Below, piece after piece: positions 19,650 through 30,046 of a stretch of 64,000 bases of DNA (position 1 is its first letter; the number at the start of each line of letters is the position of its first letter). Both the position numbers and the translations under genes were made by a program. The notes under the pieces are model-generated. The model was not told the origin of the DNA and did no database searches. It saw only the letters and a list, made by a program, of their open reading frames with translations. The DNA comes from Candidatus Heimdallarchaeota archaeon (lineage in GTDB: Archaea > Asgardarchaeota > Heimdallarchaeia > JABLTI01): positions 96,001-160,000 of the forward strand of contig JABCTZ010000017.1 of the NCBI GenBank assembly GCA_018238155.1, written 5' to 3'.

Positions 19650-19949
19650 AAACTTCTTTTCTTATATTTTTCCATAATAACAAATCCATTCTTCTATTTG
19701 TTAATATTAGTAACATTGTTCACTATATGAAAGCATGTTGATACGTAGTGACCAACAACTAACCAATAGAATCACTCTTCAGCATATTTTCGTTTAAGAA
19801 CATCGTCAATATTCAATGTATATAGCCTTACAGAGAATATACTTACCAAAATTATCTGGAAATAGTGGACAATAGCCTATTTGCTAAAAAAATATACTCT
19901 CTGAATCCAATAGTTTTAGTTGATAACCAAAAATGATGGTGGTCAATCA

Positions 19950-20090
19950 ATGCAAACAAAGGACAGAATAATATCGAAAAAAGAAATTAAGGACGTAATA
20001 CTAATTATAATTATTACTGGTATACTGTTACTATTAGCTCTTGCTTTAGATGTAAGTCATCACTTTCCTAATCTATGGTTTTGGGATTAA
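19950..20090 (+). CDS. Small single-TM protein (46 aa), not in the ORF track
   Basis: MQTKDRIISKKEIKDVILIIIITGILLLLALALDVSHHFPNLWFWD*; GGTGG SD-like motif just upstream. Confidence 0.55.
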   Translation: MQTKDRIISKKEIKDVILIIIITGILLLLALALDVSHHFPNLWFWD

Positions 20091-20400
20091 ACAATAATCA
20101 CTTTTTGTATAAAGTAATTAATTTTGCTACTGAATAAAGTCTTATGCAATTTTTTAGATGAAATAAAAATAGATACAAACTTCGAAAAACTTCTTGACGA
20201 GATTTTGTTCTTTGAGTTTGGCATTTCTATTATTGGGGAGAGGGTTCCTACGGCTTGGGAAATGAAAAATCATTTATCGAGGAATCTCAAACGAAAAATT
20301 TTTTGTGTAACCAATTCTTTTAATAAATTAACAATACTTTCATCAAACAAAAGTTATATATTTGGAAAAAGCTGTTTTTATTTTAAAGGAGGAGGAAACT

Positions 20401-21225
20401 TTGTACAAAATCAATTACAAAAGAAAATTCTCAAAATTACTATTTCTAGGATTAATATTGGTACTAGTACCAAGCACTTTAGTAAAATCAGCCAATCTAA
20501 AAGCAACTATTTATTCTTATCCTGCAGACCCTATACCGACAATCGATGGTAAGATATCTGCTGGTGAATGGACTGTTGCAGGAACACCTGAAGAAACAAA
20601 ATTATATGATTTATCTGATCAATATAATCCACATATTGTCATTTATTTGAGATCTGTTTATTCAGAAGAAAAAGTCTTATATCTTGCTATAGAAATTCCT
20701 GATACACTAGTGGATGGAAGTGATGAATTTATAATTGCCTTTAATTCGAGTGATACACCTTTAGCTCTAAGTGCTCCTACTTCTGGAATTGCCTTTGATG
20801 ACGACCATGATGCTAAAAAGCTCAAGATTGAGAGCAATGATTACATTGATGCTTTCACATCAGGGACTGGTTTTAGTCTCAATGATGATGTATCTGTTAG
20901 CGGAACGAATGATGGTCTGGGAAAGTGTACTAACAATGTTACGCATGTGATTATTGAATTCGAGATACCATTTGATTCAGGCGATTCTCACGGTCGAGAT
21001 ATAGCAGTAAATGTTGGTGATGATGAAGAAATATTTCTCTACTATCGGGATGGAGACAATGAAACAACATACTCTCACTGGTTGGTAGAACTAGTTGAGT
21101 ATGACTATTGTAGAATACATATTGGTTTACCCCCTGCTTTTACAGGGATTCCATTCTGGATATTTGCAACATCTCTTGCGAGTATCTTTATTATTGCTTC
21201 ATTCATTAAGAAGAAGAAAAAGTGA
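20401..21225 (+). CDS. Secreted DOMON/CBM9-like domain protein with C-terminal TM anchor
   Basis: TTG 20401 follows GGAGGAGG; PTIDGKISAGEW, LYLAIEIPD, EFEIPF motifs; TM-KKKKK. Confidence 0.75.
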   Translation: MYKINYKRKFSKLLFLGLILVLVPSTLVKSANLKATIYSYPADPIPTIDGKISAGEWTVAGTPEETKLYDLSDQYNPHIVIYLRSVYSEEKVLYLAIEIPDTLVDGSDEFIIAFNSSDTPLALSAPTSGIAFDDDHDAKKLKIESNDYIDAFTSGTGFSLNDDVSVSGTNDGLGKCTNNVTHVIIEFEIPFDSGDSHGRDIAVNVGDDEEIFLYYRDGDNETTYSHWLVELVEYDYCRIHIGLPPAFTGIPFWIFATSLASIFIIASFIKKKKK

Positions 21226-21245
21226 GATACATCTGAACAACTGAA

Positions 21246-21282
21246 AGCTGAAGGAACTTACCCTTTAGCTAGTTATTTTTTT
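21246..21282 (+). terminator. Hairpin + U-tract terminator
   Basis: AGCTGAAGG...CCTTTAGCT then AGTTATTTTTTT. Confidence 0.5.
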
Positions 21283-21360
21283 AATAATTCTTTTTTTCTT
21301 CTCACCGTAAGTATTTTAAATGGAAACTGAAAGGAAAAAGATAATCAATAATAATAAGCT

Positions 21361-21466
21361 AGGCCTGTAGCGCAGTTAGGATAGCGCACTTGCCTTCTAA
21401 TCAGTTCACTTGGTGATCTGAGAAGTAAGTAAGGGGTCGAGGGTTCAAATCCCTCCAGGCCTGCCA
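21361..21466 (+). tRNA. tRNA-Arg(UCU) with 28-nt canonical 37/38 intron (21400-21427), CCA encoded
   Basis: Acceptor AGGCCTG/CAGGCCT-G-CCA; D arm GCGC/GCGC with A20; anticodon TCT 21396-21398; BHB formed by CTTC/GAAG helix, two TAA bulges and TCAG/CTGA stem; T arm GAGGG-TTCAAAT-CCCTC. Confidence 0.96.
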
Positions 21467-21546
21467 TTTTAATTTTAGTTATGAAACAATTTCATTTTAC
21501 CATAAATTCTTTTACTTGCATTATTTTATATTTGAATGGTGTCGTA

Positions 21547-22500
21547 ATGATTAAGCTAAAAGCATTAACTTCTAACCATATTTCAGACATTGTTCATTTA
21601 ATCCTAAACAAGTGTAAACAAGCGAATTTAATTTTTCCTAATCTCTTTGATCAAATACCAATTGAAACGAAACTATCCTCTATGCTCGACGATTTTTTTG
21701 TGAAAAATTCTGGATATGGTGCTTTTCGGAAAAATGAACTGGTGTCATTTCTTCTCGGATTTTCAGGTATACCTCATCTAAAGGGACAAGAACAGGGAAT
21801 TTACATTCCGTTATGGGGGCATTATCAATCTAACATTGACGATCAACAGTTTTTCCTTCTCTACCGCACTCTTGCTCAAGAAATTGTTAATGACGGTGTT
21901 TTTAATCATATCATAACCTATTTGCCAAATAATCCCCTCCTCCAAGAGCAATTATTCACTTTAGGTTTTGGTCTCTTGGTTATTGATGCTATTAGACCTA
22001 TGGAATTAATTTCCACTAAACCTCTCCAATCAAAATTCGTTGTAAGGTCTATGACATCAGATGATCATAATGATGTTAATCAACTCGAAATTGATTTAAG
22101 TTCAAATTTGCAAACAAGTCCTACTTTTCTTCATTCATCCCTATCTGGTCAATCTTCTCCTTTGAGCGATTTTATCAGTGATAAAAACCAGACTTTTGTT
22201 GTCGAATTTGAGGATAAGATTGTAGCTGCTACACGTTGCGTCCTTGGTTCTAGTAATTTAGATCTTCTAGACCACTCCCAAACAATAGCAATAAATTTTG
22301 CAAATACTTATCCAGAATTCAGAGGGATGGGTTTAGGAACGCATTTAGTAAATGAAGTTCTCAAATGGGGTCAAACTCATCAATCTACTAGATGTACCGT
22401 AGATTTTGAATCAGCTAATCTGATTGCAACTCGGTTCTGGTTGTCCCTTTTTACTCCCATTGGTTTTAGTGCTATTCGCAAAATGGATAATCGTCTCTAA
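21547..22500 (+). CDS. GNAT family N-acetyltransferase (tandem GNAT)
   Basis: PEFRGMGLG acetyl-CoA motif; VDFESANLIATRFW. Confidence 0.88.
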   Translation: MIKLKALTSNHISDIVHLILNKCKQANLIFPNLFDQIPIETKLSSMLDDFFVKNSGYGAFRKNELVSFLLGFSGIPHLKGQEQGIYIPLWGHYQSNIDDQQFFLLYRTLAQEIVNDGVFNHIITYLPNNPLLQEQLFTLGFGLLVIDAIRPMELISTKPLQSKFVVRSMTSDDHNDVNQLEIDLSSNLQTSPTFLHSSLSGQSSPLSDFISDKNQTFVVEFEDKIVAATRCVLGSSNLDLLDHSQTIAINFANTYPEFRGMGLGTHLVNEVLKWGQTHQSTRCTVDFESANLIATRFWLSLFTPIGFSAIRKMDNRL

Positions 22501-22611
22501 TTATCTTTTCTAGTCATTTACTATTTTTTTGTGTGGAAATTACTGAATTTGTGCATGTTTTGTAATTATTATTTATATTCTATATTGATTGTTTATTAGC
22601 TTGGGATTATT

Positions 22612-23697
22612 ATGAAAAAAGTATTGCAAATTTGGCCTTTGATTTTGAATAAAATAGAAACAAGTAATGTTAAAGAAACATATTTCTTTGATTTTAGTGA
22701 TAATAAAGACGAAACTTGTGCTCTCCAGATAAGTAAAGGAACATGTCAATTTATTGATGGTGTGCCGGAAAATTATACTATTAAGATTACTGTTGAGACT
22801 AAGGACTGGATATCAATCTTATCGAAGGAACAATTGATTGAAGATGTTATTGCCGACGGAAAATTAACTATCGAAGGCGATGATAAGAAATTAACCAAAT
22901 TTGAACAATATTTTTCTGGTGATCCCGATTGTCTACAATTCAAATCTAGTAACTATGTAATGACTGAGAATGAGAAAGAATTGGAAGAAGGAAAATGGAC
23001 TAAACCACGAAAAATCTTAGCACTAATTGGTTCTCCAAGAAAAGACAGAGGTGCTACAACAATGGTTTATTCATTTCTCAAGCAAGGATTGGATGACTGT
23101 GATTGTGAAATTGATACCATCTATTTAGCTGATTTAGAAAATAAGACCTGTAAGGGATGTTTTACTTGCTGGAATGGAAAAGATAAGAAATGTGTCTATA
23201 GTGATGATGTTAATGATTTAATTCTTAAAATACCGACCTATGATTTACTGATACTTGCAGCACCTGTTTATATTGATGGTCTTCCTGGTGCGCTGAAAAA
23301 TTTTATTGATAGAATGCTTTGTCTACTCGCTCCCGAATTTATTATAAAAGACGATCATTGTCGACATCCCAGTAGATATCCAAGGATGCCTCATCTTCTC
23401 TTAGTATCCACTTGTGGATTCACAGAATTTGATAATTTCTCTCCAATGATAGAACATGTAGAAGAAATTTGTAAAAATATGCATTTCTCTTATATTGGTG
23501 AAGTACTCCCACCAACTGCTTGGTTGATGACAGTTCCAAATCTACAACCTTTATACTTGCCTGTTATTGAAGCTATAAAACAAGCTGGTAAAGATATTTT
23601 TACTTCAGGTAAAATTTCAGAGGATCTCTATAAGCAAATCACTAAACCTATCTTATCCCGTGGACAAATTTTTGCTTTCTATAATCGTGACCTATAG
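22612..23697 (+). CDS. SCP2 sterol-carrier domain fused to iron-sulfur flavoprotein / NADPH-dependent FMN reductase
   Basis: N-terminal ...DGKLTIEGD (SCP2); GSPRKDRGAT, CKGCFTCW..KKC, APVY...LKNFIDR. Confidence 0.85.
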   Translation: MKKVLQIWPLILNKIETSNVKETYFFDFSDNKDETCALQISKGTCQFIDGVPENYTIKITVETKDWISILSKEQLIEDVIADGKLTIEGDDKKLTKFEQYFSGDPDCLQFKSSNYVMTENEKELEEGKWTKPRKILALIGSPRKDRGATTMVYSFLKQGLDDCDCEIDTIYLADLENKTCKGCFTCWNGKDKKCVYSDDVNDLILKIPTYDLLILAAPVYIDGLPGALKNFIDRMLCLLAPEFIIKDDHCRHPSRYPRMPHLLLVSTCGFTEFDNFSPMIEHVEEICKNMHFSYIGEVLPPTAWLMTVPNLQPLYLPVIEAIKQAGKDIFTSGKISEDLYKQITKPILSRGQIFAFYNRDL

Positions 23698-23775
23698 TTA
23701 ATTTACATATAGAAATTGCTTGAAAAATTCTCTCTTATTGGATATATTGTGGGAGAGACAGATTGTATCGAAGAT

Positions 23776-24627
23776 CTAAATCTTCTTTACAAAATACTCT
23801 AGTTTCTTTAACCATAAGTCAGCATTGTTACTATTTCTTTCATTTATCACATACCAGTGTGCAAGCGTTGCAATTGCAAACCCCTTCCAAGTATTCACTT
23901 CTCGTTGCAAATGCAGAGGAGGATGTACCTTTGAATATTCTTTAGCATAAGCTAAATCAAAATAGATTGAACCCTTAGTAGCAAACTCCCAATCAATAAT
24001 AGCATACTTTGCTTCTTGTTCTTTGGCAGTAGGATAGACTTGGAGAATGTTGCCTTCGTGAAAGTCTCCATGAATTAAGTGAGTACCAGCTAATTTTGTC
24101 TTTTTTTGTTGATCTAAGAACTCGGTAATCAATTCCAAATACATTCCCCACTTTTCCTCATTTTCTTGTTCTTTGTTTAGAGGTTGGGTTAATTTCTTTA
24201 CTACATCTTGCTCAAATGAAAATTTAGCTGGAATGTGTTTACTTGCTTTCTTCATAATCTCAATTAATTCAATCACTAACTGAAAATCTAGATAGGGTTT
24301 CATACTTGAAAATGCTTGGCCATGAATCCAAGATAATGCTCGAATAGAACACCCAGCTTCTACAGAGGTCCACTCATCAATTATTTCTGGAATAATAATC
24401 AATTGCTCATCTGTATGCCTTTTTTTTACTACTTTTGCGATTGCTTTTAGAGCCATTCCTTCTCGCTCGAAACGATTTTGATAATAATCATTGTCTGGAT
24501 AAATACGAAAAATCACTTTTTGCTCTTTATATTTGCCAGTAAATTTCTGGATTGATTCTCCTAATATCAGAGGATGTATATCATTAGCATTAGTAATTTC
24601 TGCCAATTGATCAGCTGTCAAATTCAT
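23776..24627 (-). CDS. APH/choline kinase-like phosphotransferase
   Basis: LIHGDFHEGNIL, IIDWEF, FDLA. Confidence 0.88.
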   Translation of the reverse strand: MNLTADQLAEITNANDIHPLILGESIQKFTGKYKEQKVIFRIYPDNDYYQNRFEREGMALKAIAKVVKKRHTDEQLIIIPEIIDEWTSVEAGCSIRALSWIHGQAFSSMKPYLDFQLVIELIEIMKKASKHIPAKFSFEQDVVKKLTQPLNKEQENEEKWGMYLELITEFLDQQKKTKLAGTHLIHGDFHEGNILQVYPTAKEQEAKYAIIDWEFATKGSIYFDLAYAKEYSKVHPPLHLQREVNTWKGFAIATLAHWYVINERNSNNADLWLKKLEYFVKKI

Positions 24628-24779
24628 ATTCTTACCAAACCTCTCAATACTGCATACTTCATCTTTAGCTTGATTTTGTTAGCGATTAGATGACTAATTA
24701 ATATTTTTGGATGTAAAGAAAAAGACTTTAGTCTATTTTAACTAGATAGTATATGTTAAAATGTTCCGAGAGATGACTA

Positions 24780-26957
24780 ATGGTTCCAAAAACTGATTCT
24801 ATTAAACCAACAATAACTGATATGATTTCATTGGAATTCGTTTCACATGCAAAAATTTCGCCAAAAGGCGATAAAATTGCTTATTGTATTAGAAAAACGA
24901 ACTGGACTAAAGATAGGTATGAGAATGATTGTTTTATATTTGATGTTGAGAAAAATAAAACCTTTCAATTAACTAGATATGGTAAAATAAATCAGATTGC
25001 CTGGATAAATAATGAATCTCTTGCAGTATTAAAAGAAGATCCTGAAATGAAAGAAAATTCTAATCAAGTATTTGTTTTTGAAGATTTAATAGGAGAACCC
25101 ATCCAAGTAACAGATCATTATAACGGCATCCAGACCTTTGAGATATTTGGTAAGGGGTTAATATATCTCGCAAAAGCTCCAGATAGAGCAGAAACAAAGG
25201 AACGTAAGACTAAGTTTGGATCCTTCATTCATTTTGAGCAAGAGCAAAGTGCAAGCGCACTTTATTATGTAGAATATGAGAAAATGAAGAATTATTTTGA
25301 AGGAAAGAAAAAGAAGAATGGAAATAATTCTAAATCGCTGATAAAACCTGTGATAGAAATTACCAAGCTATTGAAAGAACCTCTATCAATTTTGGGTTAT
25401 GTTGTTTCTCCACAAAATGATGCAATTTATCTTACCTGTCAATCTCGAGATGACAAAGTATACGATCAAGAAACGAGCACTTATCAAATCAAGATAAAAC
25501 CCACAGAAGCATTGAATGCTTATCTCAGCAAACAAGACGAAAAACAACCTACTGATAAAAAAGAAACTAAGAATAAAAATGACAAAGAAGTGCTAGATGA
25601 TGATCTATCATATCTTGGTGTTCTAACTAGAATCGCACTGCCAATTGTGAGCTCTATTGTTAATATTTCACCAGATGGAAAGAAACTCCTTGTAGCAAGA
25701 AGAGAACGCGATAATTTCTACTTCACTCAAAGTGATTTATGGACATTGGATGTAGATAAATGGCAACCCCTCCTAGCAAAGGAAGAAATAAACGATAAAT
25801 TAGTGAAAATTACCGGTAGTCTAGATAGAACGCCTATGAATATACATTGGGTGAAAGAAGGAATATTTTGCTCTCATGTTGAAGGAACAAAAACAGCTAT
25901 CATTCACATTTCTAAATCAGGGGAAATTTCTACATTAGATCTAGAAGGTTATTCTGCATCGCTGTTTAATACTTTTGATGTTTCAGAGAGCGGTCGTTTA
26001 TGTTTCTTGGGATTCAACTCTTCTAAAATAGAAGAGCTCTATATTACTCAAAATGCAATTACAGTCAGCAAATTAGAATTCATACAAATAACTAATTTCG
26101 GCAAACAAATTCAAAATTGGAGATTCGGCACTGTCGAAACCATACGATGGGCTAGTAAAGATGGAACTGAGATTGAGGGAGTTCTTAGAAAGCCTGATGG
26201 CTTCGATCCAAAGAAAAAATATCCATTAGTTTTTATCATCCATGGAGGCCCTGCAAGTTTTGACGCTGAAACTCTTCTACCTCGAAATAGCCTTTATTAT
26301 TATCCTGGTATTCAATTTAGCAATCTGGATATACTAGTTTTAAGAGTAAATTATCGTGGGTCCATAGGAAGAGGACAAGCATTTCTTGAGCTAAACAAAG
26401 ATAATCTTGGAATTGGTGATATGTGGGATCTAGAAAGTGCTATAGACTATCTTGAAAAGCAAGGATTTGTTGACACTAACAAAATAGGCTGCATGGGTTG
26501 GAGTCAAGGCGGATATATCTCTGCTTTTGTAGGCATTCATTCAAAACGATTCAAGGCAGTATCTGTTGGTGCAGGTATAGCAGACTGGTATACTTATCAT
26601 ATTAGCAATGATATTCCTCAATTTACAACTCATTACCTTTCTGGCAGTCCATTTAGAAATAGAGAATTATATGAGAAAACAGCTCCTATAAGTAATATCA
26701 AAAATGCCCAAACACCAACGCTAATTCAACATGGAGAAATTGACCAAAGAGTACCTCTATCAAATGCAAAAGAGCTCTATCGCGGTTTAAAGGAGATGAA
26801 TGTACCCGTTGAATTGTTCATTTATCCAGGTATGGGTCATCCAATAATCAAACCAAAAGAAAATCGTACGGTAATGTATCAAAATTTGAATTGGTTCAGT
26901 CACTACTTGTTAGGTGAGGTCTTGAATCTTTTTGATGAGAAGAAAATGGAAAAATGA
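24780..26957 (+). CDS. S9 family peptidase (acylaminoacyl/dipeptidyl peptidase-like)
   Basis: Beta-propeller (ISPKG, ISPDG), IHGGP, NYRGS, GWSQGG nucleophile, HGEIDQRVP, YPGMGH. Confidence 0.95.
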   Translation: MVPKTDSIKPTITDMISLEFVSHAKISPKGDKIAYCIRKTNWTKDRYENDCFIFDVEKNKTFQLTRYGKINQIAWINNESLAVLKEDPEMKENSNQVFVFEDLIGEPIQVTDHYNGIQTFEIFGKGLIYLAKAPDRAETKERKTKFGSFIHFEQEQSASALYYVEYEKMKNYFEGKKKKNGNNSKSLIKPVIEITKLLKEPLSILGYVVSPQNDAIYLTCQSRDDKVYDQETSTYQIKIKPTEALNAYLSKQDEKQPTDKKETKNKNDKEVLDDDLSYLGVLTRIALPIVSSIVNISPDGKKLLVARRERDNFYFTQSDLWTLDVDKWQPLLAKEEINDKLVKITGSLDRTPMNIHWVKEGIFCSHVEGTKTAIIHISKSGEISTLDLEGYSASLFNTFDVSESGRLCFLGFNSSKIEELYITQNAITVSKLEFIQITNFGKQIQNWRFGTVETIRWASKDGTEIEGVLRKPDGFDPKKKYPLVFIIHGGPASFDAETLLPRNSLYYYPGIQFSNLDILVLRVNYRGSIGRGQAFLELNKDNLGIGDMWDLESAIDYLEKQGFVDTNKIGCMGWSQGGYISAFVGIHSKRFKAVSVGAGIADWYTYHISNDIPQFTTHYLSGSPFRNRELYEKTAPISNIKNAQTPTLIQHGEIDQRVPLSNAKELYRGLKEMNVPVELFIYPGMGHPIIKPKENRTVMYQNLNWFSHYLLGEVLNLFDEKKMEK

Positions 26958-26990
26958 GTTCCTTTTCTCACATTTTTTTACCATAATCAT

Positions 26991-27045
26991 CTACTACTTT
27001 CTTCTATGTACTCCTATTTTCTCTCTATACCCAACACATAATATT
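26991..27045 (+). promoter_or_regulatory. Phased CTAT/CTAC repeats upstream of pstB1 (putative phosphate-regulon operator)
   Basis: CTAC 26994; CTAT 27004, 27014, 27025 (10-11 bp spacing) before an AT-rich TATA-like element. Confidence 0.5.
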
Positions 27046-27093
27046 GATTCTAAATGCATATGGAGATAGATTGAAACTGACTGTTGAATTGTT

Positions 27094-27957
27094 ATGGTAG
27101 TAAAAAAAAATAGTGAAGTATCAGAATCAATTTCTATACCGATCAAAATAGCTAATGAACTTGTTTATAACCCAGAAATCATTCAAGATGAATTATTTGA
27201 AGAAAACGAAGTAAAAATGGACATTGTGAATTTATCGCATTGGTTTGGTGATAATCAAGTTTTATCAGGTATATCTATGCCCATCTTCACGAACAAAGTT
27301 ACAGCTATTATTGGTCCTTCTGGTTGTGGAAAATCAACCTTTCTTCGCGATTTGAATCGTATGAATGATTTGGTATCTATCTCTAGAATGTCAGGTGATA
27401 TTCTATTAGGGAATAAAAATATCTATGATAATGATGTAGACGTAGTTCAATTGAGAAAACGAATTGGTATGGTCTTTCAGAAACCAAATCCTTTTCCAAT
27501 GCCAATAGAAAATAACATTGCTTACGGTCCTTATATCCATGGGATAGAACCTGACAGCATTCCTGAAATTGTGAAAAGTTGTTTGCAAAAAGCAGTTCTG
27601 TGGGATGAAGTTAAAGATCGATTAAAAGATAATGCTTTTTCTCTCTCTGGTGGACAGCAACAGAGATTATGTATTGCACGAACCTTATCCGTTCAACCTG
27701 AAGTAATCTTATTTGATGAACCTTGTAGTTCTCTTGATCCTCATGCTACCGCTAAGATTGAGGACTTGATTACAAAATTGAAACAAGATTATACTGTAGT
27801 AATTGTTACACATAATATGCAACAAGCAGCTCGAGTGTCTGATTATACTGCATTCTTCAATTTAGGTGATCTTGTAGAATTTAATAGTACTAAAACAATA
27901 TTCAAATCTCCCGAGCGAAAAATGACAGAGGAGTATATTTCCGGGCGATTTGGTTAA
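27094..27957 (+). CDS. pstB: Phosphate ABC transporter ATP-binding protein (copy 1)
   Basis: [54 protein letters not shown]. Confidence 0.97.
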   Translation: MVVKKNSEVSESISIPIKIANELVYNPEIIQDELFEENEVKMDIVNLSHWFGDNQVLSGISMPIFTNKVTAIIGPSGCGKSTFLRDLNRMNDLVSISRMSGDILLGNKNIYDNDVDVVQLRKRIGMVFQKPNPFPMPIENNIAYGPYIHGIEPDSIPEIVKSCLQKAVLWDEVKDRLKDNAFSLSGGQQQRLCIARTLSVQPEVILFDEPCSSLDPHATAKIEDLITKLKQDYTVVIVTHNMQQAARVSDYTAFFNLGDLVEFNSTKTIFKSPERKMTEEYISGRFG

Positions 27958-28125
27958 CTCATTTTTATTGGTGGTTTGCATATTGAATGAAAATAATAAA
28001 CAGCTTGATGAAACATTATGCACTAAAGAATTAATGAGCAAATTTCTAAATAATACGGGATTGTTTTACTATATTAATCGAATACATTTGAATAAATATT
28101 TTTATAGCTATGAACCATCGAATTA

Positions 28126-29031
28126 GTGGTGACAATATTTTTGCCAGCAAATACTCGCGATTCACTTTCCAAAGCTAAGCCTCTCAAAGACAGGAGCGAA
28201 GAAGCAAAGATTGCTATAAAAATAGCTGCTGATTTAACTGATCCACCCGAAATTGTCCGAGAAGATTTACTAAAAACACATGTATTGAAGATGGAGTCAG
28301 TTGAGCTTTCACACTGGTATGGCGATAACAGAGTTCTTTCTGGTATTTCTATGCCTATTTTCAACAACAGAGTTACAGCTATCATTGGTCCTTCCGGTTG
28401 TGGGAAATCGACTTTCCTTCGGGATTTAAACAGGATGAATGATTTAGTTAAGATTGCACGAATTGCTGGCAAAATTTTGCTTGATGGACAAGATATCTAT
28501 GCAGAACATATTGATGTTGTTCAACTGAGAAAACGAATTGGTATGGTCTTTCAGAAACCAAATCCTTTTCCTATGTCAATAGAAAACAATATTGCATACG
28601 GTCCATATGTTCATGGAGTGAAGCATGAGGGTTTAGATGAAATTGTTGAAAGTAGCTTGAAAAAAGCTGCCTTATGGGAGGAGGTCAATCAACGACTAAA
28701 AGATTCTGCATTATCATTATCAGGAGGACAACAACAGCGGTTGTGTATTGCTCGAGCCTTATCTGTTCAACCTGAGGTTCTCTTAATGGATGAACCGTGT
28801 AGCTCTCTTGACCCTCATGCTACCGCTAAGATTGAGGATTTAATTACAAAATTAAAGCAAGATTATACTGTAGTGATCGTTACCCATAATATGCAGCAAG
28901 CTGCTCGAGTGTCTGATTACACTGCATTTTTCAATATAGGGGAGTTAATTGAATTTGATAGAACAAAGAAAATCTTTGCTAATCCTGAGAGGAAAATGAC
29001 TGAAGAATATATTTCCGGGCGATTTGGATAG
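28126..29031 (+). CDS. pstB: Phosphate ABC transporter ATP-binding protein (copy 2)
   Basis: Same PstB motifs; start may be TTG 28141 (GGTGA upstream). Confidence 0.97.
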   Translation: MVTIFLPANTRDSLSKAKPLKDRSEEAKIAIKIAADLTDPPEIVREDLLKTHVLKMESVELSHWYGDNRVLSGISMPIFNNRVTAIIGPSGCGKSTFLRDLNRMNDLVKIARIAGKILLDGQDIYAEHIDVVQLRKRIGMVFQKPNPFPMSIENNIAYGPYVHGVKHEGLDEIVESSLKKAALWEEVNQRLKDSALSLSGGQQQRLCIARALSVQPEVLLMDEPCSSLDPHATAKIEDLITKLKQDYTVVIVTHNMQQAARVSDYTAFFNIGELIEFDRTKKIFANPERKMTEEYISGRFG

Positions 29032-29079
29032 ATAGTTAGGATACTAATTAATTAACGAATATGAATATTAAGTAGAAAG

Positions 29080-29766
29080 GTGAAGAAATTGAGTAAATTC
29101 AGGTCGAAATTTGGTGGTACAATACGTTTCAAGGAAATTATGAAAGAATTGAATCAACATCTAGTTGTCTTGTCCAATCTTGTGATTAAAATGATTAAAG
29201 ATGGAAATACTGCCTTAGCTAATGATGATGAATCTATCTTCAAAAGACTTGAAGAAGAACTTAAGGAAGTTCATGAACATTGTAATTCTATTGATGAAAC
29301 TGTTATGGATACTATTGCTTTGCATCAACCATTTGCAAAGGATTTACGATTTATACTTTCCACGCTCAAAGTTTCAAATGAAATTCACCGTTCAGCTCAT
29401 GATGCAGTACACATTGCTAATAGTTCAGCTTTTATCAACCTGAAAAAATATACTGAGATTATTCAAAGAATTGGTGATTTGGCTACAAAAGCTTCTTCCA
29501 TGTTCAAGAAAAGCATAGAAGCATTTTGCAATCAGAAGGAGCTCAATGTGCAAAAATGGACAAAAAAGGATGATGAAGTTGATAGATTACATTCGGAAAT
29601 CATTCAAGATGTCACTAAAATCGTTGAAACCGATCCAACATGGTCAAGAGCAGGTGTTAGTCTTATTCTGACAACAAGGTATATTGAACGAATTGCTGAT
29701 CATGCATGCAATATTGTTGAAGAGAGCAATTATGTTGTTACAGGTAAAAAAGCCAAAATTGAGTAA
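29080..29766 (+). CDS. phoU: Phosphate signalling protein PhoU
   Basis: IALHQPFAKDLR, DDEVDRL, RYIERIADHACNIVE. Confidence 0.93.
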   Translation: MKKLSKFRSKFGGTIRFKEIMKELNQHLVVLSNLVIKMIKDGNTALANDDESIFKRLEEELKEVHEHCNSIDETVMDTIALHQPFAKDLRFILSTLKVSNEIHRSAHDAVHIANSSAFINLKKYTEIIQRIGDLATKASSMFKKSIEAFCNQKELNVQKWTKKDDEVDRLHSEIIQDVTKIVETDPTWSRAGVSLILTTRYIERIADHACNIVEESNYVVTGKKAKIE

Positions 29767-29864
29767 TGTCTTTTCTATCGAGTATTATCTTCATAGATTT
29801 TGATTCTTTTTCTTTCAGAGAAGACTTTGTATTGTTCGTTATTTTTTTTTATTTTGAAGAATTG

Positions 29865-29995
29865 AATACTATTCACGAGTATAAATTTGATATTTGGAAT
29901 TACATTTGCCTAATTCTCTCTATATAGATATAATTGAGATATATTCAGCTATTGTTCTGAAAATAAACTATACAGAGAAGGATTATCTTAATGTC
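29865..29995 (+). promoter_or_regulatory. pstS1 promoter with ~10-bp phased CTAT array
   Basis: CTAT or near-variants at 29869, 29879, 29890, 29910, 29920, 29939, 29949, 29968; strongly similar to the pstS2 upstream region. Confidence 0.6.
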
Positions 29996-30046
29996 TCTCC
30001 TAAGATGTGCACACAAGAAAATAAAACTAAATGGAGAAAAAATAAA

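Noticed and set aside
19775-19880. Minus-strand fragment AIVHYFQIILVSIFSVRLYTLNIDDVLKRKYAEE*, a possible pseudogene remnant
   Set aside because: Too short, bounded upstream by a stop, and no recognisable homology
20124-20552. 142-aa ORF
   Set aside because: Overlaps the real 20401 gene in another frame, has no recognisable motifs and an atypical composition
21361-27000. Integrated element at tRNA-Arg
   Set aside because: No integrase, no duplicated tRNA 3' end seen, and no phage or plasmid genes
27985-28128. 47-codon TTG ORF between the pstB copies
   Set aside because: Overlaps the likely pstB2 promoter and has no protein-like features
29894-30046. N-terminal extension of pstS1 in the ORF track
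   Set aside because: This is promoter DNA conserved with the non-coding pstS2 upstream region; the paralogue begins at MSFGK
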